From NCBI GenBank assembly GCA_035468285.1, contig DATISY010000071.1:39697-103696 (forward strand): 64,000 nucleotides of DNA. Direction: 5' to 3'. The position numbers and the translations under genes were made by a program. The notes under the pieces were generated by a model, which saw nothing but the letters and a program-made list of their open reading frames with translations, ran no database searches and was not told the DNA's origin. Below are positions 47,159 through 56,805 of the stretch, piece after piece (position 1 is the first letter of the stretch; every line of letters starts with the position of its first letter). This stretch comes from Acidimicrobiia bacterium (GTDB taxonomy: Bacteria > Actinomycetota > Acidimicrobiia > IMCC26256 > PALSA-555).

Positions 47159-49591
47159 TCAGGACACCGAGGGACGCGCGGCCGGGGCCCCGTCCGATTC
47201 GTCGGCCTCGCCTCGCCGCTGCAGGAGGAGGCGGCTGGCCCGCCAGCCGACCTCGATGAGAACGATCCCCACGACCGCGATCACGGCTCCCTCGGCGAGG
47301 ATCGTGCCGGTCGGGAGCGACAGCGCATAGAAGCGGCGGAACGGAGGAACCGCCATGATCGTGACGACGCACGCGACCATCGCGACGACGAGGAGGCCCC
47401 GCCACCAATTGATGGGTCGGGCGAGGATGGCGAGGATCCAGAGCGCCATCACGATCACCACGAGCGCCGCCGCGGTGCGGGCCTGCGTCAGCGTGAGGTG
47501 CTCGGTGTAGAACGCGAGCCCATAGGTGAGGAGCGCGGCGGATCCGATGACGAGCCCTGCCGGCACGCAGAAGCGCAGCACACGCTTGATGAACCCCGGG
47601 ATGTAGCGGCGGGTGTTCGGGGCCAACGCCAGGAAGAACCCGGGGACACCGATCGTGAACGTGCTGATCACGGTCAGGTGCCGGGGCAGGAAGGGATACT
47701 TCCAGTTCAAGATCACGACCGCGACCGCCAAGAGGATGGCGTACACGGTCTTGGTCACGAACAGGTTCGCGGACCGCTCGATGTTCGCGATCACCCGCCG
47801 TCCCTCGGCCACGACGCCCGGCAAGGTGGCGAACCGGCTGTCGAGCAGGACGAGTTGGGCCACGGCGCGGGTCGCCGCCGCGCCCGAGCCCATGGCGACG
47901 CCGATATCGGCGTCCTTGAGCGCCAACGCGTCGTTGACACCGTCGCCGGTCATCGCGACGACGTGGCCGTGGGTTTGGAGCGCATGGACCATCGCCCGCT
48001 TCTGCTGGGGCGTGACTCGGCCGAACACGGTGTGTGACTCGAGCACCCCGCCAAGCTGCTCCTCGTCCTCGGGCAGCTCGCGGGCGTCGTAGGGCGCGTC
48101 GGCGCCAGGGAGCCCGACACGGGCGGCGACCGCGGCGACGGTGCGGGGGTTGTCGCCGGAGATCACGCGCAGCGCGACGCCCTGCTCGGCGAAGTACGCG
48201 AGCGTCTCCTTGGCGTCGGGTCGGATCTGCTCCTCGAGGAGGACGAGCGCGACGGCAGTGGGCCGGGCCGGGAGCTGCTCGCCGGCGGGCTCGTCGCTGA
48301 CGGCGAGGACCAGGACCCGCTTGCCGGACGCGGCGAGCTCGTCGGATCGAGCCCGCAGCGGATCGGCGGGACCGGCGTCGGGGAAGACCATCTCGGGGGC
48401 GCCGAGTATCCAGGTGCCGTGACCCTCGAACGTCGCCGCGCTCCACTTACGGGCCGACGAGAACGGCGTGGCCGCGGTGCGGCTCCAGCCCGCGGGCGGG
48501 GTCAGCGCGGCCCCGACCGCGGCGAGGGTGGCGTTGCGGTTCGGGTCGTCGGCGAGCGCGCCGAGCGCCACGTCGATGTCGTCGGGGCGGGGACCGAGCG
48601 CCTCGTAGTGGTCGAACACGACGTTGCCATCGGTCAGGGTGCCGGTCTTGTCGAGACAGACGATGTCGACGCGGGCGAGACCCTCGACAGCCGGGAGCTC
48701 TTGGACCAGCACGTTGCGGCGGGCCAGCGTCACGGCGGCGATCCCGAACGCCAGGCTTGTGAGCAGCACCAGCCCCTCGGGCACCATGCCGACGACGCCC
48801 GCGACGCTGCTCGTCAGGGCGGACGCGACGTCGCTGCTGCGGAGCTGCTGCCAGAGGAGCAGCCCCGCCACGGGGAACAGGGCGTACTGGATGAGGCGGA
48901 GCAAGAAGTTGATGCCGTCGACGAGCTCGGAGCGGACGAGTCGGAACTGGCGGGCCTCAAGGGCGAGCTTGCGGGCGTAGGAGGCAGACCCGACCGCCGT
49001 GGCCTGAACGCGACCGGTGCCGGCCACGACGATGCTGCCCGACATCACGGGCGTGCCCGGCTCCTTCTCGACGGGGTCCGATTCGCCGGTCAGCAGCGAT
49101 TCGTCGATCTCGAGCCCGGCGCCGGCGCGGACGATCCCGTCCGCGGGGACCTGATCACCGGTTCGGAGCTCGACGAGGTCGTCGAGGACGATCGATTCGA
49201 CGGGCACTTCTCGGAGGTCGCCGTCGCGGACCACTCGGGCGACGGGCGCGCTCAGCACGGCGAGCGAATCGAGCTTCCGTTTGGCGCGGATCTCCTGGAC
49301 GATCCCGATCAGCGCGTTCGCGATGAGCACGATTCCGAACAGGCCGTCCTGGGGCTGTCCGACGACGAGGATGACGGCGAGCATCGTCCCGAGAATCGCG
49401 TTGAAGCGGGTGAAGACGTTGGCACGGACGATCTCCCCGTAGGAGCGGCTCGTGCGTTCGCCACCGCCGTTGGTGAGCCCGCGCCCGACGCGGTCCTCGA
49501 CCTCGACCGCGGTGAGACCCGTCGGGGGTGTCTCGTGCTCGGGGGCGGCCGGGACCGGCGCACCAGCATCGATGGGCGCCGACGCGGTCAT
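47159..49591 (-). CDS. Cation-translocating P-type ATPase (P2-like, CtpE-like)
   Basis: TGES, phosphorylation site CLDKTGTLT, hinge MTGDGVNDALALKDADIGVAMG, and about 10 TM segments. 810 aa. Ion specificity cannot be determined by eye. Confidence 0.9.
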   Translation of the reverse strand: MTASAPIDAGAPVPAAPEHETPPTGLTAVEVEDRVGRGLTNGGGERTSRSYGEIVRANVFTRFNAILGTMLAVILVVGQPQDGLFGIVLIANALIGIVQEIRAKRKLDSLAVLSAPVARVVRDGDLREVPVESIVLDDLVELRTGDQVPADGIVRAGAGLEIDESLLTGESDPVEKEPGTPVMSGSIVVAGTGRVQATAVGSASYARKLALEARQFRLVRSELVDGINFLLRLIQYALFPVAGLLLWQQLRSSDVASALTSSVAGVVGMVPEGLVLLTSLAFGIAAVTLARRNVLVQELPAVEGLARVDIVCLDKTGTLTDGNVVFDHYEALGPRPDDIDVALGALADDPNRNATLAAVGAALTPPAGWSRTAATPFSSARKWSAATFEGHGTWILGAPEMVFPDAGPADPLRARSDELAASGKRVLVLAVSDEPAGEQLPARPTAVALVLLEEQIRPDAKETLAYFAEQGVALRVISGDNPRTVAAVAARVGLPGADAPYDARELPEDEEQLGGVLESHTVFGRVTPQQKRAMVHALQTHGHVVAMTGDGVNDALALKDADIGVAMGSGAAATRAVAQLVLLDSRFATLPGVVAEGRRVIANIERSANLFVTKTVYAILLAVAVVILNWKYPFLPRHLTVISTFTIGVPGFFLALAPNTRRYIPGFIKRVLRFCVPAGLVIGSAALLTYGLAFYTEHLTLTQARTAAALVVIVMALWILAILARPINWWRGLLVVAMVACVVTIMAVPPFRRFYALSLPTGTILAEGAVIAVVGIVLIEVGWRASRLLLQRRGEADESDGAPAARPSVS

Positions 49592-49658
49592 CGTCGGCGA
49601 CGGTAGCCGAACCGAGGTCCGCGATTGATCAATACACCACGTCCGTGCAGGCCGACGG

Positions 49659-52600
49659 CTAGTGGAAGTCTCGTGATCGCAGCAGCGCCGCGGGATGTAA
49701 GGCGAGCGTCGCGATGTGCTCGGCGAGGAGGTTGATCACGCCTTGTTCGCGTTCCAGGCGGCCCCGGATACGCAACGCGGGTGACGTGCGCGCCACCCGA
49801 CGGAAGCGCTGCCAGACGTCGGGGGTGCAGATCACGTTCACCAAACCGGTTTCATCTTCGAGGTTGAGGAAGACCACCCCTTTGGCGGTCTCAGGTTGCT
49901 GACGGTGGGTCACGACCCCGGCGATCTCGACCCGGACGCGGTCGCGCCGCGTCCGCAGCTGCTCGGCGGTGACGACACCCTGGGCGGTGAGCTCGTCACG
50001 CACGAATTCGGTGGGGTGACGCGCGGCGGAGAGTCCGGTGGCGCCGAGGTCGGCGGCTGTCTCCTCCAGCTCGGACATCCCGGGGAGGGTGGGCGCTTCG
50101 ACGCCCGTCACGATTCCCGGCAGCGTGCCGGGGCGGGCGTCGCGCAGCGCGCCGGCCGCCCAGAGCCCTTCCCGGCGGGCGACCCCGAACCCGGCGAACG
50201 CCCCCGCGGTGGCGATCGCCTCGAGGGCGTCGACGGGCGCTTCGGTGCGGCGTGTGAAATCCTCGAGGCTCGTGAACGGATGCTCGCGGCGCGCGTCGTC
50301 GATGCGATCCAGGAGCCGTCCGGTGAGTCCCCGGATGTAGCGCAGCCCCACCCGAACCGCGTGGGTGGACACGTCGGCGCACCAGCCGGGCCGGGGAACC
50401 CCGACCGGTCCTGCATCGGAGGTTCGGGCCTCGAGGGTGCAGTCCCGTCGTGAGGCGTGCACGCAGGGACCGAGGACCTGGACGCCGTGACGGATGGCGT
50501 CGCGCACGATGGTGTGCGGTGAGTAGAAGCCCATGGGCTGGGCGTTCAGCAGCGCGCAGGCGAACGGTGCCGGGTAGCGACGTTTCATCCAGGCGCTGGA
50601 GTAGACGAGGTAGGCGAAGCTCACCGAATGGCTTTCGGGGAACCCGAAGTCGGCGAACGCTTCGAGCTTGCGGGCGATCTCCTCGGCGGTCTCGCCGGTG
50701 ATCCCGCGCTCGGCCATGCCCTCGAGGAGACGGTCTCGCATCGCGGCCATCCGGGTGCGGGAACGTTTTGATCCCATCGCCTGACGCAGACGATCGGCTT
50801 CTCCGGGGGTGAACCCGGCGGCGTCGATCGCGATCTGCATGAGCTGCTCTTGGAAGAGCGGAACACCGAGGGTCTTGCGGAGACAGGGCTCGAGCACCGG
50901 ATGGGGATAGGTGATGGGCTCTTCGCCGCTGCGGCGCCGTAGGTAGGGGTGGACGGAGCCACCCTGGATGGGGCCCGGCCGGATCAAGGCGACTTCGATG
51001 ACGAGGTCGTAGAAGGTGCGGGGCCGGAGGCGAGGCAGGGTCGCCATCTGGGCTCGACTCTCGACTTGGAACACTCCGACGGTGTCGGCGGCGCACAGCA
51101 GGTCATAGACCTCGTCTTCTTGGGGGATGGTGGCGAGGTCGACGTCGGTGCCCTCGTGCTCGCGGATGAGGTCGACGGCGAGATGCAGCATCGTGAGCAT
51201 GCCCAAGCCGAGGAGGTCGAACTTCACGAGACCCGCGGCGGCGCAGTCGTCCTTGTCCCACTGGAGCACCGACCGGTTGTCCATGCGGGCCCACTCGACA
51301 GGGCAGAACTCCACGAGGGGGCGATCAGCCATCACCATCCCGCCGGAGTGGATACCGAGGTGACGTGGGTAGTCGAGGACTTGCCGGGCGAGGTCGAGCA
51401 CCAGCTCCGGGACGGGTGGGGCCCCGTCGGTGCCGGTGACATCGTCGAAGGCCTGGTCGCGGGACCGCCACCGGTCGATCCACTTGGTGAGGGCGTCGGC
51501 GTGCCCGCTCGAGAGCCCGACGACCTTCGCCATCTCTCGCAACGCGGAGCGCGGCCGGTAGGTGATGACGTTCGCGACCTGCGCGGCACGGTCGCGCCCG
51601 TACTTCGTGTACACGTACTGGATGACTTCCTCGCGGCGTTGATGCTCGATGTCGAGATCGATGTCGGGAGGACCATCTCGCTCGGGCGAGAGGAACCGCT
51701 CGAAGAGCAGCCCGAGCTCGACCGCGTCGGCCTTGGTGACACCGAGGGCATAGCAGACCGCGCTGTTAGCCGCGCTTCCGCGCCCCTGGCAGTAGATGTC
51801 GTTCGTGGCGCAGAACTGGACGATGTCGACGAGTAGCAGGAAGTACCCCGGGAAGTTGAGGGTCTCGATGACCTCGAGCTCGTACGCGAGCTGGCGCGTG
51901 GCCTGGTGGTGCTGCGGATGCGTCACCGGGTAGCGAACCGCGGCGCCCCGGGCGGTGAGCTCCCGGAGCCAGGACATGTCGGTGTGGCCGGACGGCACGT
52001 CGAGGTCGGGAAGGTTCGGGGCGGCGAGGCGCAGATCGAAGGCGCACGCGTGAGCGATGTCGAGGGTGCGTTCGACGGCGCCGGGCCAGCGGGCGAAGCG
52101 GCGCGCTTGCTCCGCGGGGCTGCGGAGCTGCGCCAGGGGTGACGCGGGCAGCCAGCCGTCGATCTCGTCGAGGGAGCGGCGGGCCCGGATCGCGGCGAGC
52201 GCGGTGGCCAAGGGTCGCTGCGCGCTCGTCGCGTAGTGGACGTTGTTGGTCGCGACGACTTCGATCCGGGAACGGGCCGCGAGCTCGGCCAAGGCGTCGT
52301 TGCGGTGACGATCGATCGGGTCGCCGTGGTCCCACAGTTCGACGAGCACCCGGTCGCGCCCGAACGCGTCGACGAGTCGATCCAACGCCCGGCGGGCCAC
52401 AGCGGGTCCGTCCGCGAGCAACGCTCGGGGGACGGACCCCTTGCGGCAGCCCGTGAGCACCCACCAGGACTCGTTCGCTTGATCGGCGCGACCGTCCGTC
52501 AGGTGCACCCCGACCCGGGCGGCGGCGGCAAGATCAGGGAGCGTGAACGACGGGGCACCTTTCTCTCCGTCGAGCTGACCGGCGCTGATGGCCCGGGCCA

Positions 52601-52895
52601 GCCGGGCGTGACCGGCGGGTCCTTGGGCGAGGACGACGAGATGCTCCCCCGGCGGGTCCGCGACCCCGTTGGCCGGCCGGGAGGCGGTGAGGGTGAGCTC
52701 GGCACCGAATACGGTCGGCAACCCCACGAGGCGGGCCGCCTCGGCGAACCGGACGATGCCGTAGAAGCCGTCGTGGTCCGTGACCGCCAGCGCCGCCAGC
52801 CCCACCCGGGCGGCCTCGTCGACCAGTTCCTCGGGATGGCTCGCCCCATCGAGGAACGAGAAGTTGGTGTGGCAGTGCAGCTCCGCGTAACGCAC
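49659..52895 (-). CDS. dnaE2: Error-prone DNA polymerase III alpha-like subunit DnaE2 (ImuC)
   Basis: PHP domain start VRYAELHCHTNFSFLDGASHPEELV...LAVTDHDGFYG and pol III alpha core motifs; about 1078 aa. GTG 52895 chosen. The upstream 295 codons of the tracked ORF are antisense to the ABC ATPase gene. A LexA box lies 33 nt upstream. Confidence 0.9.
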   Translation of the reverse strand: MRYAELHCHTNFSFLDGASHPEELVDEAARVGLAALAVTDHDGFYGIVRFAEAARLVGLPTVFGAELTLTASRPANGVADPPGEHLVVLAQGPAGHARLARAISAGQLDGEKGAPSFTLPDLAAAARVGVHLTDGRADQANESWWVLTGCRKGSVPRALLADGPAVARRALDRLVDAFGRDRVLVELWDHGDPIDRHRNDALAELAARSRIEVVATNNVHYATSAQRPLATALAAIRARRSLDEIDGWLPASPLAQLRSPAEQARRFARWPGAVERTLDIAHACAFDLRLAAPNLPDLDVPSGHTDMSWLRELTARGAAVRYPVTHPQHHQATRQLAYELEVIETLNFPGYFLLLVDIVQFCATNDIYCQGRGSAANSAVCYALGVTKADAVELGLLFERFLSPERDGPPDIDLDIEHQRREEVIQYVYTKYGRDRAAQVANVITYRPRSALREMAKVVGLSSGHADALTKWIDRWRSRDQAFDDVTGTDGAPPVPELVLDLARQVLDYPRHLGIHSGGMVMADRPLVEFCPVEWARMDNRSVLQWDKDDCAAAGLVKFDLLGLGMLTMLHLAVDLIREHEGTDVDLATIPQEDEVYDLLCAADTVGVFQVESRAQMATLPRLRPRTFYDLVIEVALIRPGPIQGGSVHPYLRRRSGEEPITYPHPVLEPCLRKTLGVPLFQEQLMQIAIDAAGFTPGEADRLRQAMGSKRSRTRMAAMRDRLLEGMAERGITGETAEEIARKLEAFADFGFPESHSVSFAYLVYSSAWMKRRYPAPFACALLNAQPMGFYSPHTIVRDAIRHGVQVLGPCVHASRRDCTLEARTSDAGPVGVPRPGWCADVSTHAVRVGLRYIRGLTGRLLDRIDDARREHPFTSLEDFTRRTEAPVDALEAIATAGAFAGFGVARREGLWAAGALRDARPGTLPGIVTGVEAPTLPGMSELEETAADLGATGLSAARHPTEFVRDELTAQGVVTAEQLRTRRDRVRVEIAGVVTHRQQPETAKGVVFLNLEDETGLVNVICTPDVWQRFRRVARTSPALRIRGRLEREQGVINLLAEHIATLALHPAALLRSRDFH

Positions 52896-52928
52896 CCTGG
52901 CCTCCGTCGCCGGGGCGCGGCACGGTAG

Positions 52929-52942
52929 CGAACATGTGTTCG
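52929..52942. promoter_or_regulatory. LexA (SOS) box CGAACATGTGTTCG upstream of dnaE2
   Basis: The half-sites CGAAC and GTTCG are perfectly inverted, separated by the 4-nt spacer ATGT. This fits the actinobacterial CGAAC-N4-GTTCG consensus, and the box lies between dnaE2 and the divergent ABC transporter genes. Confidence 0.7.
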
Positions 52943-52979
52943 CATCCGCAACCGGGACGGCCCCGGGCGACGGGGGCCC

Positions 52980-53921
52980 ATGGGCATCACAGTTAGGGTC
53001 CGAGGCATGCCGGCCCCGGTCGTCGTCGTCCAGGGGCTCCGCAAGGCGTACGGGTCCCACGTCGCGGTGAAGGGCATCGACTTCGAGGTGCAGGAAGGCG
53101 AGATCTTCGGCTTCCTCGGCACCAACGGTGCCGGCAAGACGACCACCATCGAGATCCTCGAGGGATACCGGTCCCGGACCGCCGGCGACGTGACCGTGCT
53201 CGGGCTGGACCCGGCGCACGCGACGAGGGCGTGGCGGGAGCGGATCGGGTTGGTCCTGCAGGAGAGCGAACTCGATCCGCTTTACACGGTGCACGAGACC
53301 GTCACCATGTTCGCCTGCTACTACGAGCATCCTCGCCCGGTCGATGACACCATCGCGCTCGTTGGCCTGCGCGAGCAGCGCGACGCCCGGATAGGCCAGC
53401 TCTCGGGGGGCCAGAAGCGCCGCGTCGACGTCGCGCTCGGCTTGATCGGTGACCCGGACCTGTTGTTCCTCGACGAGCCGACGACCGGCTTCGACCCGCA
53501 GGCTCGCCGCGACGCGTGGACCATGATCGAAGGGCTCCGCAACCTGGGCAAGACCGTGTTCTTGACCACCCACTACATGGACGAGGCGCAACATCTCGCC
53601 GACCGCCTGACGATCCTGCGGGACGGTGTGATCGTCGCCCAGGGCACCGCGGCGCAGCTGAGCGCCCAGTCGGGCGGAACCGTCATCCGGTTCACCCTGC
53701 CGGGTGGTGTCACCCCCGGTCAGGTGGAGCAGGAGACCGGGACCCACCCCGACGTGTCGGGCGCGGAGGTCACGCTGCACTGCGAGGGCTCACCCCAGCA
53801 GGTGCTCTATCAGCTCACGGGCTGGGCCGAGCGGGAGCACCACACGCTCGAGAATCTCGTGGTCAGCCCGCCGACGCTGGACGATGTGTTCCTCGAGCTG
53901 ACACAGGAGAGCACAGCGTGA
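52980..53921 (+). CDS. ABC transporter ATP-binding protein (DrrA/ABC-2 type)
   Basis: Walker A GTNGAGKTT, Q-loop, signature LSGGQKRR, and Walker B LLFLDEPTTGFD. ATG 53007 (MPAPVVVVQGLRKAYG) is an equally plausible start. Confidence 0.9.
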   Translation: MGITVRVRGMPAPVVVVQGLRKAYGSHVAVKGIDFEVQEGEIFGFLGTNGAGKTTTIEILEGYRSRTAGDVTVLGLDPAHATRAWRERIGLVLQESELDPLYTVHETVTMFACYYEHPRPVDDTIALVGLREQRDARIGQLSGGQKRRVDVALGLIGDPDLLFLDEPTTGFDPQARRDAWTMIEGLRNLGKTVFLTTHYMDEAQHLADRLTILRDGVIVAQGTAAQLSAQSGGTVIRFTLPGGVTPGQVEQETGTHPDVSGAEVTLHCEGSPQQVLYQLTGWAEREHHTLENLVVSPPTLDDVFLELTQESTA

Positions 53922-54697
53922 ACACGGTCGCGCTGAGCGCCCGCCAAACCGGTTTCGCGCTGCTCGGGCGTCGACGTGACGCCCGGGCGATGATCTTCAC
54001 GGTCGTCATGCCGATCGTGTTGCTCGTGCTGTTCAACTCGATCTTCGGGACGAGGGGGTCGACGACGCCGGTGCACGGGTCGCGCCTGTCCATCCACGCG
54101 TACTTCATGGCGGGGATCATCGCGTACGCGATCATGCTCAACGGGTTCAGCAGCCTGCTCATCGGGTTCACGACCGACCGGGAGGCCGGCCGTCTCAAGC
54201 GGTACCGCGGAACGCCGATGCCGCCCGGCGTCTTCCTCGGCGCCGAGATCATCGCCAACATCGTTGTCATCGCCGCGATGGTCGTCACCCTGCTCCTCAT
54301 CGGGCGAGTCGCGTACAACATCGCGATCCCGACGAGCGCGTTCGGGCCCATCGTCGTGTACGTCGTCCTCGGCACGGCGACGATGTGCTCGCTCGGGATC
54401 GCGGCGACCCGGCTCACCACCACACCCGACGCCGCGTCGGCCATCGGGCCGTTCGCGACCGTGATCCTCGGGTTCATCTCGGGGACCTTCGTGCCCGTGA
54501 GCCAGCTCCCAGGGTGGCTGGAGCAGATCGGTCGGGTCTTCCCCCTCGCCCACCTGGCCCAGGGGCTCCAGGGCTCCCTGGTGGCCGGAAGCGGCCTCGA
54601 CGCGACGAATGTCGCGGTGCTCGCGGCCTGGGCCGTGGCCGGCCTCGTCGTGGCCGTGCGCACCTTCCGCTGGGAGCCCCTGGCCGCCCAGGGCTGA
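53918..54697 (+). CDS. ABC-2 type transporter permease
   Basis: GTG 53918 overlaps the ATPase stop (GTGA). It has six predicted TM segments and 259 aa. The upstream part of tracked ORF 53516.. is out-of-frame overlap with the ATPase gene. Confidence 0.8.
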   Translation: MNTVALSARQTGFALLGRRRDARAMIFTVVMPIVLLVLFNSIFGTRGSTTPVHGSRLSIHAYFMAGIIAYAIMLNGFSSLLIGFTTDREAGRLKRYRGTPMPPGVFLGAEIIANIVVIAAMVVTLLLIGRVAYNIAIPTSAFGPIVVYVVLGTATMCSLGIAATRLTTTPDAASAIGPFATVILGFISGTFVPVSQLPGWLEQIGRVFPLAHLAQGLQGSLVAGSGLDATNVAVLAAWAVAGLVVAVRTFRWEPLAAQG

Positions 54698-54795
54698 TCG
54701 CCCCCGGGGCCTTCATCAAGCGATAATGACCGCGGTCAGTTTTCTTCACATGGGCGGCGTAGGCCTAGGGGCAGGTCCAAGCGAAAGGGAGCCAC

Positions 54796-55701
54796 ATGAG
54801 CACCACGCCGTTCTCCCCTCCCCCCGAGTCCTCCGGGAAGCCCGGCCCAGGCCCCGAGGACCGTCCCACCCCTTCCGGGCTCGCGATCGGGTTCATCACC
54901 GTCACCCTCCTCGTCATCGCCCTGGCGACCCGCGGCGCGGGTGTCGTCGGGATCGCGGTGCTGTTCCTGGTCTTCGTGCCGCTGGAGAAGCTGTTCGCCT
55001 TCCGACCCCAGAAAGTGTTCCGACGCGCGTTCCTCACCGATCTCACCCACCTGCTCGTCAACAACATGCTGATCACGGTCGGGGTCCTCGTCGCGGTCGT
55101 CGCGGCGATGATCCCGTTCTTCTGGCTGCGGGACCTCGACATCGCCGGCAGCCTGCCGCCCGCCGCGGCGGTGGGCCTCGCGACCGTGATCGTGTTCGTC
55201 GGCCAGTACTGGGCGCACCGGCTCACGCACCAGGTGCCGGTGCTGTGGCGGTTCCATTCGGTCCATCACAGCATCGAGAACATGGACTGGCTCGCGTCAG
55301 CTCGGGTCCACCCGATCGACCAGGTGTTCACGCACGGCGCGGTCGTGATCCCGCTGTACCTGCTCGGCTTCAACGGCAACGTCTTCGGCGGCGTCGTGGT
55401 GTTCTTCACGCTGCTCGCGTTGTTCCAGCACGCCAATGTGCGGCTGCGTTTCCCGGTGCTGCGCTGGGTGATCAACACCCCGGAGTGGCATCACTGGCAC
55501 CACGCCGTGGACCGCGAGGCGATCAACAAGAACTTCGGGTTGCCCGTCGTCGACAAGGTGTTCGGGACCGCGTACATGCCTCGGGGTCAGTGGGCGTCGG
55601 GGTTCGGGACGACCGAGCCCGTGCCGCCCGTCGGGTATGTCCGCCAGCTCGGGTACCCGTTCACGGCGGCGGCGCGGACGGGCCGGGCGTCGGGGCAGTA
55701 G
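54796..55701 (+). CDS. Fatty acid hydroxylase / sterol desaturase family membrane protein
   Basis: His boxes HRLTH, HSVHH and WHHWHH, plus N-terminal TM helices. RBS AAAGGGAG upstream. Confidence 0.85.
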   Translation: MSTTPFSPPPESSGKPGPGPEDRPTPSGLAIGFITVTLLVIALATRGAGVVGIAVLFLVFVPLEKLFAFRPQKVFRRAFLTDLTHLLVNNMLITVGVLVAVVAAMIPFFWLRDLDIAGSLPPAAAVGLATVIVFVGQYWAHRLTHQVPVLWRFHSVHHSIENMDWLASARVHPIDQVFTHGAVVIPLYLLGFNGNVFGGVVVFFTLLALFQHANVRLRFPVLRWVINTPEWHHWHHAVDREAINKNFGLPVVDKVFGTAYMPRGQWASGFGTTEPVPPVGYVRQLGYPFTAAARTGRASGQ

Positions 55702-56230
55702 GCCCCGGCCACGGGCCCAGGTCGGGCTGGTCGGCGCCGCGCACGACGAGCTGGACCCGCCGCCAGAGGACTTGCTCGAGGGTGAGGGTTCCCACGACGT
55801 CGAGAGCCCAGAAGAGGACACCCTGGAGCAGCACCCCGTTCGTGATCGCGCCGAGCTCTTGGGGGTGGAACGTGGCGGGCAGGTCCCCGCGCTCGATGCC
55901 CCGGGCGAAGATCCGGGCGTAGACGTCACGCAGCTCGGGGCCGTCGGTGTCGGGGCGGCCCCGCCGGGCACCGCGGAGGACCTCGAGCGCGGCGCGACCC
56001 ATGAGCTCGCGGGACGCGTACCGCTGCGCGTCCCCGAGTCGGGTCACGACCGTCCGGAACACCTCAAGGACGGAGGCGCCGTCGGCGAGGTGCCGGTCGA
56101 CGTCGGCGGCCAGCGCCTCGCTTGCACCCCCGGCGGCCACCTCGAGCAGCAGGTGCTCCTTCGTCGGGAAGTAGTAGAAGAACGTCCCTTTCGACACGCT
56201 CGCGTGGTCGCAGATCTCGCTGACCGCCAC
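55661..56230 (-). CDS. TetR-family transcriptional regulator (minimal ORF; probably extends upstream to about 56359, see findings)
   Basis: HTH helices 2-3 are VSEICDHASVSKGTFFYYFPTKEHLL. The first canonical start (GTG 56230) truncates helix 1, but the in-frame upstream translation RTRQALRDAAATLWTERGYDAV looks like TetR helix 1. Confidence 0.8.
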   Translation of the reverse strand: MAVSEICDHASVSKGTFFYYFPTKEHLLLEVAAGGASEALAADVDRHLADGASVLEVFRTVVTRLGDAQRYASRELMGRAALEVLRGARRGRPDTDGPELRDVYARIFARGIERGDLPATFHPQELGAITNGVLLQGVLFWALDVVGTLTLEQVLWRRVQLVVRGADQPDLGPWPGPTAPTPGPSAPPP

Positions 56231-56454
56231 CGCGTCGTAGCCCCGCTCGGTCCAGAGGGTCGCCGCGGCGTCGCGGAGGGCCTGGCGGGTGCGATGGGCG
56301 CGGGCTTGGCGCAGCTTGGTGACCCGGGGCGGGTCGTCCTCGGTCAGCGTCGCCTCCAGAGGGCCGGTCCCGCACGAGCACGAGCGAGCGAGAATGTTGA
56401 CCGGGGTCGATGCTACCGACGCGCCCCCGAGGTCCCGGCTGATGCCAGCATCGG

Positions 56455-56805
56455 GTGGTGGAACTGGGAGCCGACGCTGCCTTCTGCTACCTGACCACCC
56501 GGGGTCGGGTGACCGGGCGTGCCCATGAGATCGAGATCTGGTTCGCGCGGGTCGCCGACACCTTCTATCTGCTCGCGGGGGGCGGGGAACGCTCCGACTG
56601 GGTCCGGAACCTCCGGGCGGACCCGGCGGTCACGATCCGCGTCGGTGACGTGACGAGTACGGCCCGAGGCCGCGTCCTGGGGCCCGGCGCCGAGGATGCG
56701 CTCGCCCGACGGCGGGTGTTCGACAAGTACCAGCCGGGCTACCAGGGGGATCTGCGGGGGTGGCGGGACCGCGCCCTGGCGGTCGCAGTCGACGTTCAGT
56801 CGTAG
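56455..56805 (+). CDS. Deazaflavin-dependent nitroreductase (DDN/DUF385) family protein
   Basis: 116 aa. CYLTTRGRVTGRAHEIEIWF...LLAGGGERSDWVRNLRADPAVTIRVG matches the F420H2-dependent DDN-family pattern. Divergent from the TetR gene. Confidence 0.75.
   Translation: MVELGADAAFCYLTTRGRVTGRAHEIEIWFARVADTFYLLAGGGERSDWVRNLRADPAVTIRVGDVTSTARGRVLGPGAEDALARRRVFDKYQPGYQGDLRGWRDRALAVAVDVQS

Noticed and set aside
49592-49658. TTGATCAA palindrome in the dnaE2-stop / P-type ATPase-start gap as an operator or promoter
   Set aside because: It is a single 8-bp AT-rich palindrome with no convincing -10 at proper spacing and no second copy. That is too little to call.
52896-53780. N-terminal 295 codons of the tracked 1373-aa ORF containing dnaE2
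   Set aside because: This stretch is antisense to the ABC ATPase gene and crosses the LexA box. DnaE2 homology begins at VRYAELHCHTNFS, so the gene was trimmed to GTG 52895.
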